The notes beneath the pieces are model-generated. The model had not been told where the DNA came from and searched no databases. It saw only the letters and a program-made list of their open reading frames with translations. 32,000 nucleotides of DNA from assembly GCA_016219645.1 (NCBI GenBank), contig JACRLR010000012.1, forward strand, positions 45,220 to 77,219, read 5' to 3'. Source of the stretch: Nitrospirota bacterium (GTDB lineage Bacteria; Nitrospirota; Nitrospiria; Nitrospirales; Nitrospiraceae). Both the position numbers and the translations under genes were made by a program. This document shows, piece by piece, positions 8,997 to 17,990 of this stretch. How positions within the stretch are numbered: the stretch's first letter is position 1; every line of letters begins with the position of its first letter.

Positions 8997-9980
8997 ATGT
9001 CTATTAGTTTATCTCGTTGTGTGCGCACGGCCGGATTGGTCGGCGCATTTATGATGACCCCATATCTGGGCATCCATGCAGGTGTGGTGTCGGCAGAGAC
9101 CATCAAAGCGCAACTGGCGTTCGCACCCAATGTTCCTCCTCCCATCAAACGAACCGAGCCCGCCACGGTCCTCGTCAACTTGACATCGGACGAGTGGGTC
9201 GGTCCGCTGAGCGACGATAACAACTATGAGTTCTGGGGTTTTAATAAGCACACCCCAGGACCCATGATCCGTGTCATGTTGGGCGATACGGTTGAAATCC
9301 GCATGAAGAACGATAAGAACAGCAAGGAATCCCACAATATCGACTTCCATGCGATCACGGGGCCAGGCGGCGGGGCGAGCCTGCTCAATAGCGAGCCAGG
9401 GCAAGAAAGCGGGGGAAGGTTTAAGATGATCATTCCTGGCATCTTTATGTATCACTGCGCCACCGCCTCGCCGTCCATTCCCGAGCACGTGTCGAATGGC
9501 ATGTACGGCACGATCGTCGTCGAGCCGGTGGGTGGGTTGAAGCCTGTCGACAGGGAATATCAGCTCACGCAAAGCGAGTTTTACACGAAAGAGGGTGCTG
9601 AGAAGGGCGAGACGATGGAATTTTCGTACGAAGCTGGGTTAGATGAGCGTCCTTCCCATGTGGTCTATAACGGCCATAAGACTGCGCTGGTCAAGAACCC
9701 CCTCAAAGCCAAGGCGGGGGAAACCGTTCGGATTTTCTTCACCAACGTAGGACCCAACTTTGTCGACTCTTTTCAGATCCTCGAGCAGCCGTTCGACAGG
9801 GTCTACACCGAGGGTTCTTTGAGCGCACCACCGGCGGAAAATGTCAAGGTGACCAAGGTTCCTACTGGTGGCGCGGTGATGGTCGAGTTTAAAGTCAAGA
9901 CGGCCGGCACCTATACCCTCGTTGACCCAGTGGGCAATCGAAAGGACCTCGGCGCCATGGGTCTGCTGAAGGTAGAGTAG
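8997..9980 (+). CDS. NirK-like two-domain cupredoxin protein, paralog 1 (domain-I T1Cu and T2Cu ligands intact; domain-II His residues missing)
   Basis: Signal peptide ..GVVSA|ETI. NirK signature SHNIDFHAITGPGGG (H113, D116, H118), MYHCATASPSIPEHVSNGMYG (H153, C154, H164, M169). In the second domain, FQILE and LVDPVG replace the PHLIG and VNHNL motifs of classical NirK. Confidence 0.8.
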   Translation: MSISLSRCVRTAGLVGAFMMTPYLGIHAGVVSAETIKAQLAFAPNVPPPIKRTEPATVLVNLTSDEWVGPLSDDNNYEFWGFNKHTPGPMIRVMLGDTVEIRMKNDKNSKESHNIDFHAITGPGGGASLLNSEPGQESGGRFKMIIPGIFMYHCATASPSIPEHVSNGMYGTIVVEPVGGLKPVDREYQLTQSEFYTKEGAEKGETMEFSYEAGLDERPSHVVYNGHKTALVKNPLKAKAGETVRIFFTNVGPNFVDSFQILEQPFDRVYTEGSLSAPPAENVKVTKVPTGGAVMVEFKVKTAGTYTLVDPVGNRKDLGAMGLLKVE

Positions 9981-10035
9981 AGGATCCAATTAACGAGGCC
10001 ATCTACGAGAGTTCTCAAAAATTAAAGGAGGCGTC

Positions 10036-11040
10036 ATGCCTAAGAGTTTCTTACACAACATGCGTCATGCCGGGTTGATCAGCGCCTTGGTCATGGCTCC
10101 GTGTCTCGCCATCAATGCAGGCGTGGTGTCCGCGGAGACCATCCAGGCCCAACTCCTGAAGGCACCCAATGTTCCCGCTCCCATCACGCGAACCCAGCCC
10201 GCCACCGTCGTGGTCAACCTGGAAGCATCCGAGTGGGTCGGTCTGATCAGCGATGATAATAGGTATGAGTTCTGGGGGATCAATGGCATGGTGCCAGCGC
10301 CCATGATCCGCGTCATGGTGGGCGATACGGTTGAAGTCAATTTCAAGAACAAGAAGGACAGCAAGGAGAGTCACAATCTTGACTTCGGCAAGGCGACCGA
10401 CGGAGCCGCCCTGGTCACTGCGGAGCCTGGAAAGGAAGCCAAGCTATCATTTAAGGCCACCAAACAAGGTCTCTTTATCTATCAGTCCTCCACTGCAGCG
10501 CCATATAACATTCGACACTTGTTGAGTGGGATGTACGGCTTGATCCTCGTTGAGCCGGTTGGTGGGCTGAAGCCTGTCGAAAAAGAATTCTATGTCATGC
10601 AGAGCGAATTTTACATGAAGGACGGCAAGAAGAACGACACCTTGGATTTCTCGATCGACAAGGTCAAGGAAAAGGATGCGTCGTATATCGTGCATAACGG
10701 CCACATGACCGCGTTGGTCAAGGTTCCACTCCGCAGTAGAGTGGGAGAGACCACTCGATGGTTCTACGGCAACGCAGGAGTCAACTTTGAATCTTCGTGG
10801 CATGTCATCGGAGAAATGTTAGACCGGGTATGGCCGGCGGGTGACATGTCAAAACCGCCGCTTGAATCTATCCAAAGCACCCTGGTGGGGACGGGTGAAG
10901 CGACCATCGGAGAATTCAAAGGCGAAATGCCCGGCACGTTCGTGTCGGTTGACCACTCGCTCTTCCGCACCGAAAAGGGCGCCCTTGGCCTGCTGAAGAT
11001 AGATGGTCCGACTAATCCTAGCCTCTTCAAAGGTCTGTAG
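10036..11040 (+). CDS. NirK-like two-domain cupredoxin protein, paralog 2 (domain-I Cu ligands degenerate; domain-II His residues retained)
   Basis: Homologous to paralog 1 over its whole length, with the same RBS context (AAAGGAGGCGTCATG) and signal peptide. It reads SHNLDFGKATDG (His->Gly) and IYQSS (His-Cys->Gln-Ser) but retains SSWHVIGE and SVDHSLF in domain II. Confidence 0.75.
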   Translation: MPKSFLHNMRHAGLISALVMAPCLAINAGVVSAETIQAQLLKAPNVPAPITRTQPATVVVNLEASEWVGLISDDNRYEFWGINGMVPAPMIRVMVGDTVEVNFKNKKDSKESHNLDFGKATDGAALVTAEPGKEAKLSFKATKQGLFIYQSSTAAPYNIRHLLSGMYGLILVEPVGGLKPVEKEFYVMQSEFYMKDGKKNDTLDFSIDKVKEKDASYIVHNGHMTALVKVPLRSRVGETTRWFYGNAGVNFESSWHVIGEMLDRVWPAGDMSKPPLESIQSTLVGTGEATIGEFKGEMPGTFVSVDHSLFRTEKGALGLLKIDGPTNPSLFKGL

Positions 11041-11138
11041 TAATCTGCAGGGAGAGGATTAGGATAGTGCCAAGACACAGCTGATTCACTAGCAGTGTGG
11101 GCTCAGCGCAGCACGGTCGTACCAGAGTAACATAAGAT

Positions 11139-11174
11139 GGGGAGGGAGAGGATGAGCCTCTTCCTCCCCGTTTT
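11139..11174 (+). terminator. Rho-independent terminator of the cytochrome c/NirK-like operon
   Basis: GGGGAGGGAGAGG (11139-11151) pairs with CCTCTTCCTCCCC (11157-11169) as a 13-bp stem with one G-U, a 5-nt loop ATGAG, followed by GTTTT. Confidence 0.7.
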
Positions 11175-11317
11175 ACGATTGGGAGAAGAGGGTATAGCAT
11201 CTCGTGTGCAACCGGTTGTACATAACAACGGCGTGCTCGCTTCCATCACCCCCCTACAGCCACTCGGATGGCCTTGCTCAGGCAGACCCGTAGAAGGGAT
11301 CGGTCCTGCAGAAGGTA

Positions 11318-11347
11318 TTGACAAAGCAAAGAGTCTCCTGCTATTAA
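11318..11347 (+). promoter_or_regulatory. Candidate sigma70 promoter upstream of the DUF1566 gene
   Basis: TTGACA (11318-11323), 18-nt spacer, TATTAA (11342-11347). About 225 nt upstream of the ATG at 11573. Confidence 0.3.
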
Positions 11348-11572
11348 GCATACGCTTTACTTGTCATGAATCTGAGAAGATGTCCTACGCCGATTCTCGA
11401 TTTTCAACCATCGGCAATCAGGCAGGAGGGTCAGCCATTTCTATCTCAGCGGCTTCCGACTTGCGATCAATCATTTTCCCGAACGTAAACAGCATCCCTC
11501 ACTGCGTGGTCTGATGTCATCAATCACGCGGCAGTCGGGCGGTGCAACAATATCACATACAGGAGGGTCGAC

Positions 11573-12121
11573 ATGAAAAGCAGAAGAAGTAAATGGTTGG
11601 GCGGCATCGGCGCTGCGGGGCTGGTTGTCGGATGCCTGGGGCTGGCTGGTTTTGGTTTAGGAACAACAGCTTCTGACGCGCAAGCCGGTCCCTTGGCGGA
11701 ATTCCAAGGCGGCAAGGCGGTGGGGTTGTCGGCGAGGTTTACCATTTTGGATTCATTTAATAAAGAGGCGGCGCTGGACAATGAGACCGGATTGGTGTGG
11801 GAAATGATACCGGAGCGAGCGATGACGGTGTGGAAAAATGCCGCCGGTGTCTGTGCAAAAAAGACCGTCGGTGGCAAGAAGGACTGGCGCTTGCCATCAC
11901 TCAAAGAATTGGAGACCCTGGCGGATCACACGATCTATCCTCCCCCCGCCCTCGTATCCGGCCATCCATTTTCCAACATCGAGCTTCATGGTTATTGGAC
12001 GTCAACGGAGCACGAAGAGTATCCCTTCAGCGCCTGGGACGTGAACTTCGACTATGGCATCATCGGCAACGATTTTAAGATCAACAAAAACTTCGTCTGG
12101 TGCGTGCGCGATAACAGTTAG
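11573..12121 (+). CDS. Secreted DUF1566 (Lcl C-terminal domain) protein
   Basis: RBS AGGAGGG and a signal-like N-terminus. Core motif ETGLVWEM....MTW..A...C......GGKKDWRLPSLKELETL....... and the C-terminal ..FVWCVR are typical of DUF1566. Confidence 0.75.
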   Translation: MKSRRSKWLGGIGAAGLVVGCLGLAGFGLGTTASDAQAGPLAEFQGGKAVGLSARFTILDSFNKEAALDNETGLVWEMIPERAMTVWKNAAGVCAKKTVGGKKDWRLPSLKELETLADHTIYPPPALVSGHPFSNIELHGYWTSTEHEEYPFSAWDVNFDYGIIGNDFKINKNFVWCVRDNS

Positions 12122-12155
12122 GATCAGAAGTGCCTCTTAGGTCATTGGCTGAGTT

Positions 12156-12177
12156 GGGGGTGGCGCAAGCCACCCCC
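12156..12177. terminator. GC-rich hairpin between convergent genes (possible bidirectional terminator)
   Basis: GGGGGTGGC (12156-12164), loop GCAA, GCCACCCCC (12169-12177). This perfect 9-bp stem lies between the 3' ends of the DUF1566 gene (+) and the membrane protein gene (-). U-tracts are weak. Confidence 0.45.
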
Positions 12178-12320
12178 TGCTTGTCCTACCGTAAATCAAG
12201 CACATCGATACCACTGAAAATCTTGTTAGGGCGGTGCTCCACCACCACTCTAGAGCGTCGTCACAATGTAATCCTGTGGTTGGAGAATTGGGATGATCCT
12301 TGTTCAGGTGAGGCGGGGAA

Positions 12321-13244
12321 TTAGGTTTTGTCGAGGGGCTCAACGGCAAGATCGGGATTCTTCAACGACGTGCTGATGGCCTGCGAGGTGCGCTGTATCT
12401 GCGTTTGAATATCCTCTCGTGCATGCTCAGGAAGACCGAACAAGCCCGTCCAACGGCTAACCGTTGAGGGAGAAGAGCCCTCAGTTTGACGCCAGGCATT
12501 GACATATCTCAGGCCACTCAGGACGAGGGCTGCCCCGCCCATGGCCACCGAATCGACGATGCAATACCAGAACGTCACCCCGCTTGGAGGATTGGCTTGA
12601 GATAGGCCAAGCACAGGATCTATGGCCGCCCATTTCCACGCGCCCACGGCTGTCCCAATTAATTCCAGCCAGGTTGTAATAAAGAACGCCGCGAGATAGA
12701 CCATGGGTGAACGGCCTAGGAACAGAAACCCCAAGAAAATGGCGAACATTAATGCGCCCAGTGCGTCGGCCTGTTCCGGCAACCCACTTATCCCCCAAGC
12801 TGCCCATGCACCGCACACGATGATCACAAAGGCGGTAATCCCTCTCGCATATCGCTGAAAGAGCCCGGATCGGGCCATGGCAATGGCTGTGAGATACACC
12901 ATTCCATGACCAGGCGGCACATAGGCCGGCACATTCTCAAACCGATAGGTGTATCCCCCCATATAGATCGACGCAAAATGTTCGCCCCATGTGGCAAAGG
13001 CCACTGCAACGAGGACTTGGATTCTCGCTTCTCCTTTTTCGCCGAGAAGCATCACCAAGAGAGAGACAAACGCGATACCCCCCAGGACATACTGCCGTCC
13101 CAGGCTCGCGTCTATTTCTAACGTCAAACAGACGGCGACAGCAAAAAACGTATAGGCCGCAATGACGTAATCCCTGGTCCTGTGGGGATGCGCAACACCC
13201 AGTTGCGGGAAATGGCGTAGCATGGTCGACTGCAGTACATTCAT
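12321..13244 (-). CDS. Hypothetical polytopic inner-membrane protein
   Basis: 307-aa ORF with about 7-8 hydrophobic helices and a hydrophilic C-terminal tail. No family recognised. Confidence 0.6.
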   Translation of the reverse strand: MNVLQSTMLRHFPQLGVAHPHRTRDYVIAAYTFFAVAVCLTLEIDASLGRQYVLGGIAFVSLLVMLLGEKGEARIQVLVAVAFATWGEHFASIYMGGYTYRFENVPAYVPPGHGMVYLTAIAMARSGLFQRYARGITAFVIIVCGAWAAWGISGLPEQADALGALMFAIFLGFLFLGRSPMVYLAAFFITTWLELIGTAVGAWKWAAIDPVLGLSQANPPSGVTFWYCIVDSVAMGGAALVLSGLRYVNAWRQTEGSSPSTVSRWTGLFGLPEHAREDIQTQIQRTSQAISTSLKNPDLAVEPLDKT

Positions 13245-13498
13245 GAATCGTAACTCCAGATCCCCTTGAGCCTGCCACTCACACCGGTTCCTTGGAAGTA
13301 TCTCCTCATGTTTCAGATCTTAGATGGGTTCGAGCAGGGGCTCGCTTGTGTCAGAAATTTAACGTGTCACCGGTCCTGCGTCAACTCAACAAGCGCAATT
13401 TTCTGGCTTGTCGAGAAAACTGTTTGTTGAGTTCTGAGATCAGACGTCGTTGGGGTTCAACCTAATGGGCAGGAGTAACCGAATTGTTCAGCGCACCT

Positions 13499-13531
13499 GA
13501 TGCCGGCATAGTTTCTCACTATGCCGGCATC
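13499..13531 (-). terminator. Perfect 13-bp stem-loop immediately 3' of cycB (operon-end hairpin; no clear U-tract)
   Basis: GATGCCGGCATAG (13499-13511), loop TTTCTCA, CTATGCCGGCATC (13519-13531). It lies 8 nt downstream of the cycB stop on the minus strand. Confidence 0.5.
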
Positions 13532-13538
13532 AAAGGTG

Positions 13539-14135
13539 TCAGTCGTCTTCTTTCTTCTCTTTGGGCTCTGCTTTGGGCACATTCTTGCCCTGAGCTAAAC
13601 TGGCATTGAGATCGGTCTCCGGGACTTTTTTATGCACCAGGTTCTGATGGCAATCGATACAGGTCGCCCCCTCGGTCTCCATCTTCTTGTGCGCTGCTTT
13701 TGCCGATGCTCCTGGTGGCTTGGTATTCTTGTGACAGGCCCGACAGGTCAAACTGTCCCAGCCCTTGAGTTTCATACGCGCCCTGTAGGCTGCTTCCGGC
13801 CTACGTTCGTTGAATTTCTCGATCGTCGAGTAATCGACGGTGAACTCGTCGATCAAGAACGGCAGTCCATCCACCACATGAGTCCACACAGCCAGATGGA
13901 AGTTTTTCAAGCCCTGCGGAACGTGACAGTCCTTGCAGCCAGGGTCCGCCCCGAGCGCACCCCAGTGCGATGACTTTTTCAGCTCCTCGTAGGGGTAGGT
14001 CTCGGAATGGCAGCTCACGCAGAACTCGGTTCTGGATATCGCCGCTTCGCCGCCGAATACCACGGCAATCGTCCCAACGGCAATCACTGCGCCAAGAGCT
14101 AAGGCGCCGACTGTCACAATGCCCCTCTCTGACAT
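13539..14135 (-). CDS. cycB: Tetraheme membrane-anchored cytochrome cM552 (NapC/NirT family), quinone reductase of the HAO pathway
   Basis: N-terminal TM helix and four CXXCH motifs (CVSCH, CKDCH, CRACH, CIDCH). The start overlaps the cycA stop (TAATG). Position matches the canonical haoA-haoB-cycA-cycB order. Confidence 0.9.
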   Translation of the reverse strand: MSERGIVTVGALALGAVIAVGTIAVVFGGEAAISRTEFCVSCHSETYPYEELKKSSHWGALGADPGCKDCHVPQGLKNFHLAVWTHVVDGLPFLIDEFTVDYSTIEKFNERRPEAAYRARMKLKGWDSLTCRACHKNTKPPGASAKAAHKKMETEGATCIDCHQNLVHKKVPETDLNASLAQGKNVPKAEPKEKKEDD

Positions 14136-14878
14136 TACTCCTCCTTGCCTATCTCCGCCGGCTTCGCATCCTTCTGGAATTCCTCATGGAACTTCGGGGT
14201 CGGCGGACCTTCGAACGTTCCAGATAGTTTGAAATGCTCATGCATGGCTTTGTTGTTGCGCACGGACTTTTCAAAGTCAAACGCATACTTTTTATCCACG
14301 GTAGGGGTGAACGGCGTATAGGGCTTCTTGACACCCTTCCACGGTGAGCCTTCGTAGTTCAGATGACAGGCACTGCACTTCTCGATGAATTCAAAATCCT
14401 GTCCTGCTTCCGCGAGGGTTTCCCGCGGCGTAACCTTTTTCGACTTTTCAAAGGCCTCGCCGGCCTTGCGGTGAATCTTCCGATAATCCGTGCCAGCTCC
14501 ATGGCAGGATTCGCAACCGACACCGACAAGGAATTTGTCGGGGTCCGAAATTTCATACCCTCCCTCAGACCCGAACCCTGTCACATGACAGCCGATACAA
14601 TCCTTGTCCTTTGTGTAGTCCTTCTTCGGGTCGAGTTTCGCCTTGACCATGGCTGCATTCTTTTCCTTATTCCTGTCGGCTTTGAGCGAGTCGACTGCTT
14701 TCGCGTGGGCGGTCTTTATCCATGAGTCTGCCTCGCTCTTGTGGCAATTACTGCATTTCTTCCGACCTTCAAACGGTGTCTCAGCGGAAGCAGTTCCAGC
14801 AAAGACCATAAACAACACAGCAGCCGCTAGGGCAAATAACATGGGATGCTTCGGATACTTCACAGGGCCTCCTTTCAT
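14135..14878 (-). CDS. cycA: Tetraheme cytochrome c554
   Basis: Signal peptide (..FAGTASA|ET) and four CXXCH motifs (CSNCH, CIGCH, CESCH, CSACH). Size and synteny are as in ammonia oxidisers. The true start may be the GTG at 14863, just after AAGGAGG. Confidence 0.9.
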   Translation of the reverse strand: MKGGPVKYPKHPMLFALAAAVLFMVFAGTASAETPFEGRKKCSNCHKSEADSWIKTAHAKAVDSLKADRNKEKNAAMVKAKLDPKKDYTKDKDCIGCHVTGFGSEGGYEISDPDKFLVGVGCESCHGAGTDYRKIHRKAGEAFEKSKKVTPRETLAEAGQDFEFIEKCSACHLNYEGSPWKGVKKPYTPFTPTVDKKYAFDFEKSVRNNKAMHEHFKLSGTFEGPPTPKFHEEFQKDAKPAEIGKEE

Positions 14879-14984
14879 CAGAACAACTATTAGTGGTCGC
14901 GCTTAAAAAATCGAATGTGCGTTAGTCTATCGTGTGTGTGCAAGATTTACAATAACGAGCCTTCTACTTCGGCCACTCAAAGAA

Positions 14985-16013
14985 TCAATTATTCGATGGC
15001 TGTGCAGATGGTATCTTATACACCAAATAACCTCCCTCTTTATAGACCAGCTGGACCGGTTGGAAATCCAGAATGAGCGAGGTCGTCATGGGCAACATCT
15101 GCGCGAGCAGCGTCTTTGTGCTTTTTTCATCTGTGAGGAAGTACGCGCGGAAGATATTGTCTGAAAAACCATGCACAGTGTGTCCGGCATACTTGTTGTC
15201 CCCTTCCCAACGCTTGATCATTATATTGACTCCATGAACATCGGTGCTCCCTTTCACGGGAAAGTCCTTATAGGCAACACCTATACGATCCGGACGCATC
15301 AGCCCAAGCTTATAGATGTCTGCAATGTGAACCACGACATACCCTTCGCGTCCGCCGACCAGCTCACGCAGGATCTCGACACCTTCTTTGGGCTCTGAGG
15401 CTAACGCATCCGCAAATCGTTGGAATTTACGCTCCTCTTCCTCTGTCGGTGGAGCCGCCCAGAAGTCTCGTTCATACTTCGCGATGGATTCCATTCTTGG
15501 CTTCCAGACCATCGGCATAATGAGAGGTTCGTTCAGCTGAGTGGTGAAGACCGGATCTAATCCGGTGAGAAGTTGGATCTGCCGCGAGGTGTCCCACCAG
15601 GCCAGAATAGCCGCATCCTTCGGCATATGCTTGGAAATTGCCGGCGCCAAGATGGACAGCTCGGAGAGCTTACTATCAAGAAAGATCATTGGTTCGCCAA
15701 CGTGATTTTCCCATCCGATCATCACGGGCTTCGAATTTCCTCGGCGTGCAATATAGGCAGCGGCTATCGCTTCTTCCATCCCCTCGACGTGGATTTCTTG
15801 CTTTGTGAGCTTAAGATCCGGCCAAGCCCCTAATTCTAGCTTGGGAAACTTTTCTATCCCGCCTTCTTCCACTAACCGATATTGATACGGTGCCGGACCC
15901 GGATCGAACCATAAAAATGCAAACCAACCAAGCAATAAAAAACCTCCCGCCGCCAGGATGACTCCTAGTGACGGGAGGATTTTACTACTCGGCCGCGTCA
16001 GCGTTGCTTCCAT
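14985..16013 (-). CDS. haoB: HaoB, membrane-anchored protein encoded downstream of haoA
   Basis: 342-aa ORF starting 21 nt after the haoA stop, with a single N-terminal TM helix (LGVILAAGGFLLLGWFAFLWF), no heme motifs, and a position between haoA and cycA. Assigned mainly by synteny and architecture. Confidence 0.8.
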   Translation of the reverse strand: MEATLTRPSSKILPSLGVILAAGGFLLLGWFAFLWFDPGPAPYQYRLVEEGGIEKFPKLELGAWPDLKLTKQEIHVEGMEEAIAAAYIARRGNSKPVMIGWENHVGEPMIFLDSKLSELSILAPAISKHMPKDAAILAWWDTSRQIQLLTGLDPVFTTQLNEPLIMPMVWKPRMESIAKYERDFWAAPPTEEEERKFQRFADALASEPKEGVEILRELVGGREGYVVVHIADIYKLGLMRPDRIGVAYKDFPVKGSTDVHGVNIMIKRWEGDNKYAGHTVHGFSDNIFRAYFLTDEKSTKTLLAQMLPMTTSLILDFQPVQLVYKEGGYLVYKIPSAQPSNN

Positions 16014-16033
16014 TGTCTGCGCGGCGCCCTATT

Positions 16034-17746
16034 TCACTTCTGGTTCTTCTTACGTCGGCTCCATCCGGCCAGCGCCAGCGTTCCGGTCAGCAGCATGCCG
16101 CCGCCCAGACTGCCCAGCGTCAGCTTGCCGTCGGTGCTGTCGAAATCCAGGAGCCGGCTCGTCTTGCTCTTTTCTTCGAGCTTGGTGACCCGTTCCATCA
16201 ACAGCATCCGGTCCTTCAGCTTGGTGTCCTCATCCATGATTTCGACATAGGCCCGGTTCATCGCGGCCCAGCCGACCGTATAGGTGAACCCCGGATATTG
16301 GTGCGCCATACTCACGTGCAGTTGCACCAGATGGTCTTCCGCCATCTCGAAGAGTTTCAGCTCGATCGCGGTCGGGCTGTTGTTCTTGGACCAGTAGATC
16401 TGCCAGAACTGGTCGAACAGCGCCTTCGCTGGGGCCGGCGGGGCCGGCCGGTTGGTCCTCTGCCCGGTCAGGAGGCGCGCCTCGAACTGTTTATGCACGA
16501 CGTTGTGCGCCTCGTCGTATTTATCCAGGCCGGCGCTCGTGCCGTTATCGATAAACTCCAAGTAGGCGCGGGCGAAGGTCTCGGAATGGCACGTGGTGCA
16601 GGTCTTGACCCACGCCTCGTACCGTTGCATACCCCAGTTGTCAAATACAGCCTCGCGAATCCCTGGCACGAAGGGATAATTCGCCCAGCGAACCTTACGC
16701 ACCGTGTTGTGGCTGAATTTACCCTGGTACTCCATATGACAGCTCTGGCAGGTCGGGAACTTCTGCCCGCCCTTAGCAACTGCATCCTTGAGCTGTAAAT
16801 CGAAATTCCATCTACCCTTAGAAGCCTGGTACCCCAGCCCGTGCTGTGACCCGTTGTAGGCTTCCCAGTTGTTGTGATCGGCCCCGCTGTGGCAGGTACC
16901 GCAGGCTTCAGGCTTGCGGGAGTCGGCCACCGAGAATTCGTGCCTGGTATGGCAGTTATCGCACTTGTTCTGATTCGTATGGCATAGGGAGCAGCCTTCA
17001 GCAATCTCGCGCTGCGACATGCCCGCCCAGATATCGGTCTCGACGTTAGCGCGCCAATCCAGCACGTGCGACGGACGACCCCGTGGCCACTGGTTCTTCG
17101 GCCATAAGATCGTGTCGCGCTCGGACTCGCGCTCGGCATATTCCATCAGATGGCAGTTGCCGCACACATCGGAAGTAGGCATCTTCAGGTCGACCCGGTG
17201 ATCGGCCTTCTTCGTCGTGTTGATGTCGACATGGCAATCGATGCAGCTGACTTCCTTCAAGTTCTCTTTTGCACCAAGCTTGCCGATCGAGCGCAGGTTC
17301 GCCTCGATTTCCTCCAACTTCGCTTTCTTATAGAAGGTGTCGTCTTTGGGGGTCAGCTTGCGAATCTTGTCAAGATTGGCGTGGGCACTCTTTTTCCAAG
17401 TTATCACCCACCCAGGCGACTCATCGGTGTGGCATTTCACGCACTGCTCGCGCGTCGCCACTTCCTTCACCGATTGCGGCGGCTTGTAGAAGGTCGCGGG
17501 ATCGAGGTACTTGGTGATGGGAATCGGCTCCCAATACTGGCCGTACTGCCCCTTCCCCGCTCCTTTGCCTGGATCCTTGTAGCGCTTCGTCAACGCCTCA
17601 TGAAACTCCTTGGGGCTGGCGGACCGATCAATGTTCAGGGCCTCATAGGTCTCCTTGGGAACGCTGGGGAAGTTGGCCTGCGCGGTCCCTGCGAGCATCA
17701 CCCCGCACACCATGAGACAACATCTCAGCCAGAATTTATTCACCAT
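16034..17746 (-). CDS. haoA: Octaheme hydroxylamine oxidoreductase (HAO), oxidative type with the P460 cross-link tyrosine
   Basis: Eight CXXCH motifs (CVKCH, CIDCH, CGNCH, CSLCH, CDNCH, CGTCH, CQSCH, CTTCH). It has the [19 protein letters not shown] block matching the cross-linking Tyr region of N. europaea HAO (..[19 protein letters not shown], from memory) and a C-terminal TM helix. The start at 17746 follows GGAGGGAGGG; the longest ORF starts at 17776. Confidence 0.95.
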   Translation of the reverse strand: MVNKFWLRCCLMVCGVMLAGTAQANFPSVPKETYEALNIDRSASPKEFHEALTKRYKDPGKGAGKGQYGQYWEPIPITKYLDPATFYKPPQSVKEVATREQCVKCHTDESPGWVITWKKSAHANLDKIRKLTPKDDTFYKKAKLEEIEANLRSIGKLGAKENLKEVSCIDCHVDINTTKKADHRVDLKMPTSDVCGNCHLMEYAERESERDTILWPKNQWPRGRPSHVLDWRANVETDIWAGMSQREIAEGCSLCHTNQNKCDNCHTRHEFSVADSRKPEACGTCHSGADHNNWEAYNGSQHGLGYQASKGRWNFDLQLKDAVAKGGQKFPTCQSCHMEYQGKFSHNTVRKVRWANYPFVPGIREAVFDNWGMQRYEAWVKTCTTCHSETFARAYLEFIDNGTSAGLDKYDEAHNVVHKQFEARLLTGQRTNRPAPPAPAKALFDQFWQIYWSKNNSPTAIELKLFEMAEDHLVQLHVSMAHQYPGFTYTVGWAAMNRAYVEIMDEDTKLKDRMLLMERVTKLEEKSKTSRLLDFDSTDGKLTLGSLGGGMLLTGTLALAGWSRRKKNQK

Positions 17747-17857
17747 GCTAACCCTCCCTCCATTCATAAAGTACAACGGTCTATTATTGGTGCGGTTTTT
17801 CAGATTTTTACATGCATTTATATCTACATTAGCGCTGGCTAATCACAGCACCGCGCA

Positions 17858-17886
17858 TGTATATCGCAGGACATAATCCATGTCAA
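17858..17886 (-). promoter_or_regulatory. Candidate sigma70 promoter of haoA
   Basis: On the minus strand: TTGACA (17886-17881), 17-nt spacer, TATACA (17863-17858), preceded by an A/T-rich UP-like tract (GATTTTTTTATCTGAATGCCACTTAATATC). About 100 nt upstream of the haoA start. Confidence 0.5.
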
Positions 17887-17954
17887 GATATTAAGTGGCA
17901 TTCAGATAAAAAAATCGCCGGTCACGCATTTTTCATAAATTTTTGCAAATACAG

Positions 17955-17981
17955 TGCCATCAACACCGGGGAATGATGGCA
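17955..17981 (-). terminator. Weak candidate hairpin after the stand-alone CcmI-domain gene
   Basis: TGCCATCA (17955-17962) pairs with TGATGGCA (17974-17981), with T-rich sequence downstream on the minus strand. The 8-bp stem and 11-nt loop make this marginal. Confidence 0.3.
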
Positions 17982-17990
17982 GTCCACAGG

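Noticed and set aside
11137-11514. 125-aa plus-strand ORF in the NirK-like/DUF1566 intergenic region
   Set aside because: Its start lies inside the terminator hairpin of the upstream operon. The translation has no motifs, and the region is better explained as terminator plus promoter/5' UTR.
14879-14984. Possible internal promoter for cycA in the 106-bp haoB-cycA gap (TTGTAA-N17-TAGACT on the minus strand)
   Set aside because: The hexamers match consensus only weakly. This cannot be distinguished from chance without TSS data, so it is not reported as a feature.
15968-16798. 276-aa plus-strand ORF, with similar ORFs at 16468-17139(-) and 17150-17842(+), overlapping haoA
   Set aside because: It lies antisense or off-frame to the octaheme HAO gene, whose eight CXXCH motifs fix the real frame. 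The Arg/Pro/Gly-rich low-complexity translation is typical of spurious ORFs in GC-rich coding DNA.
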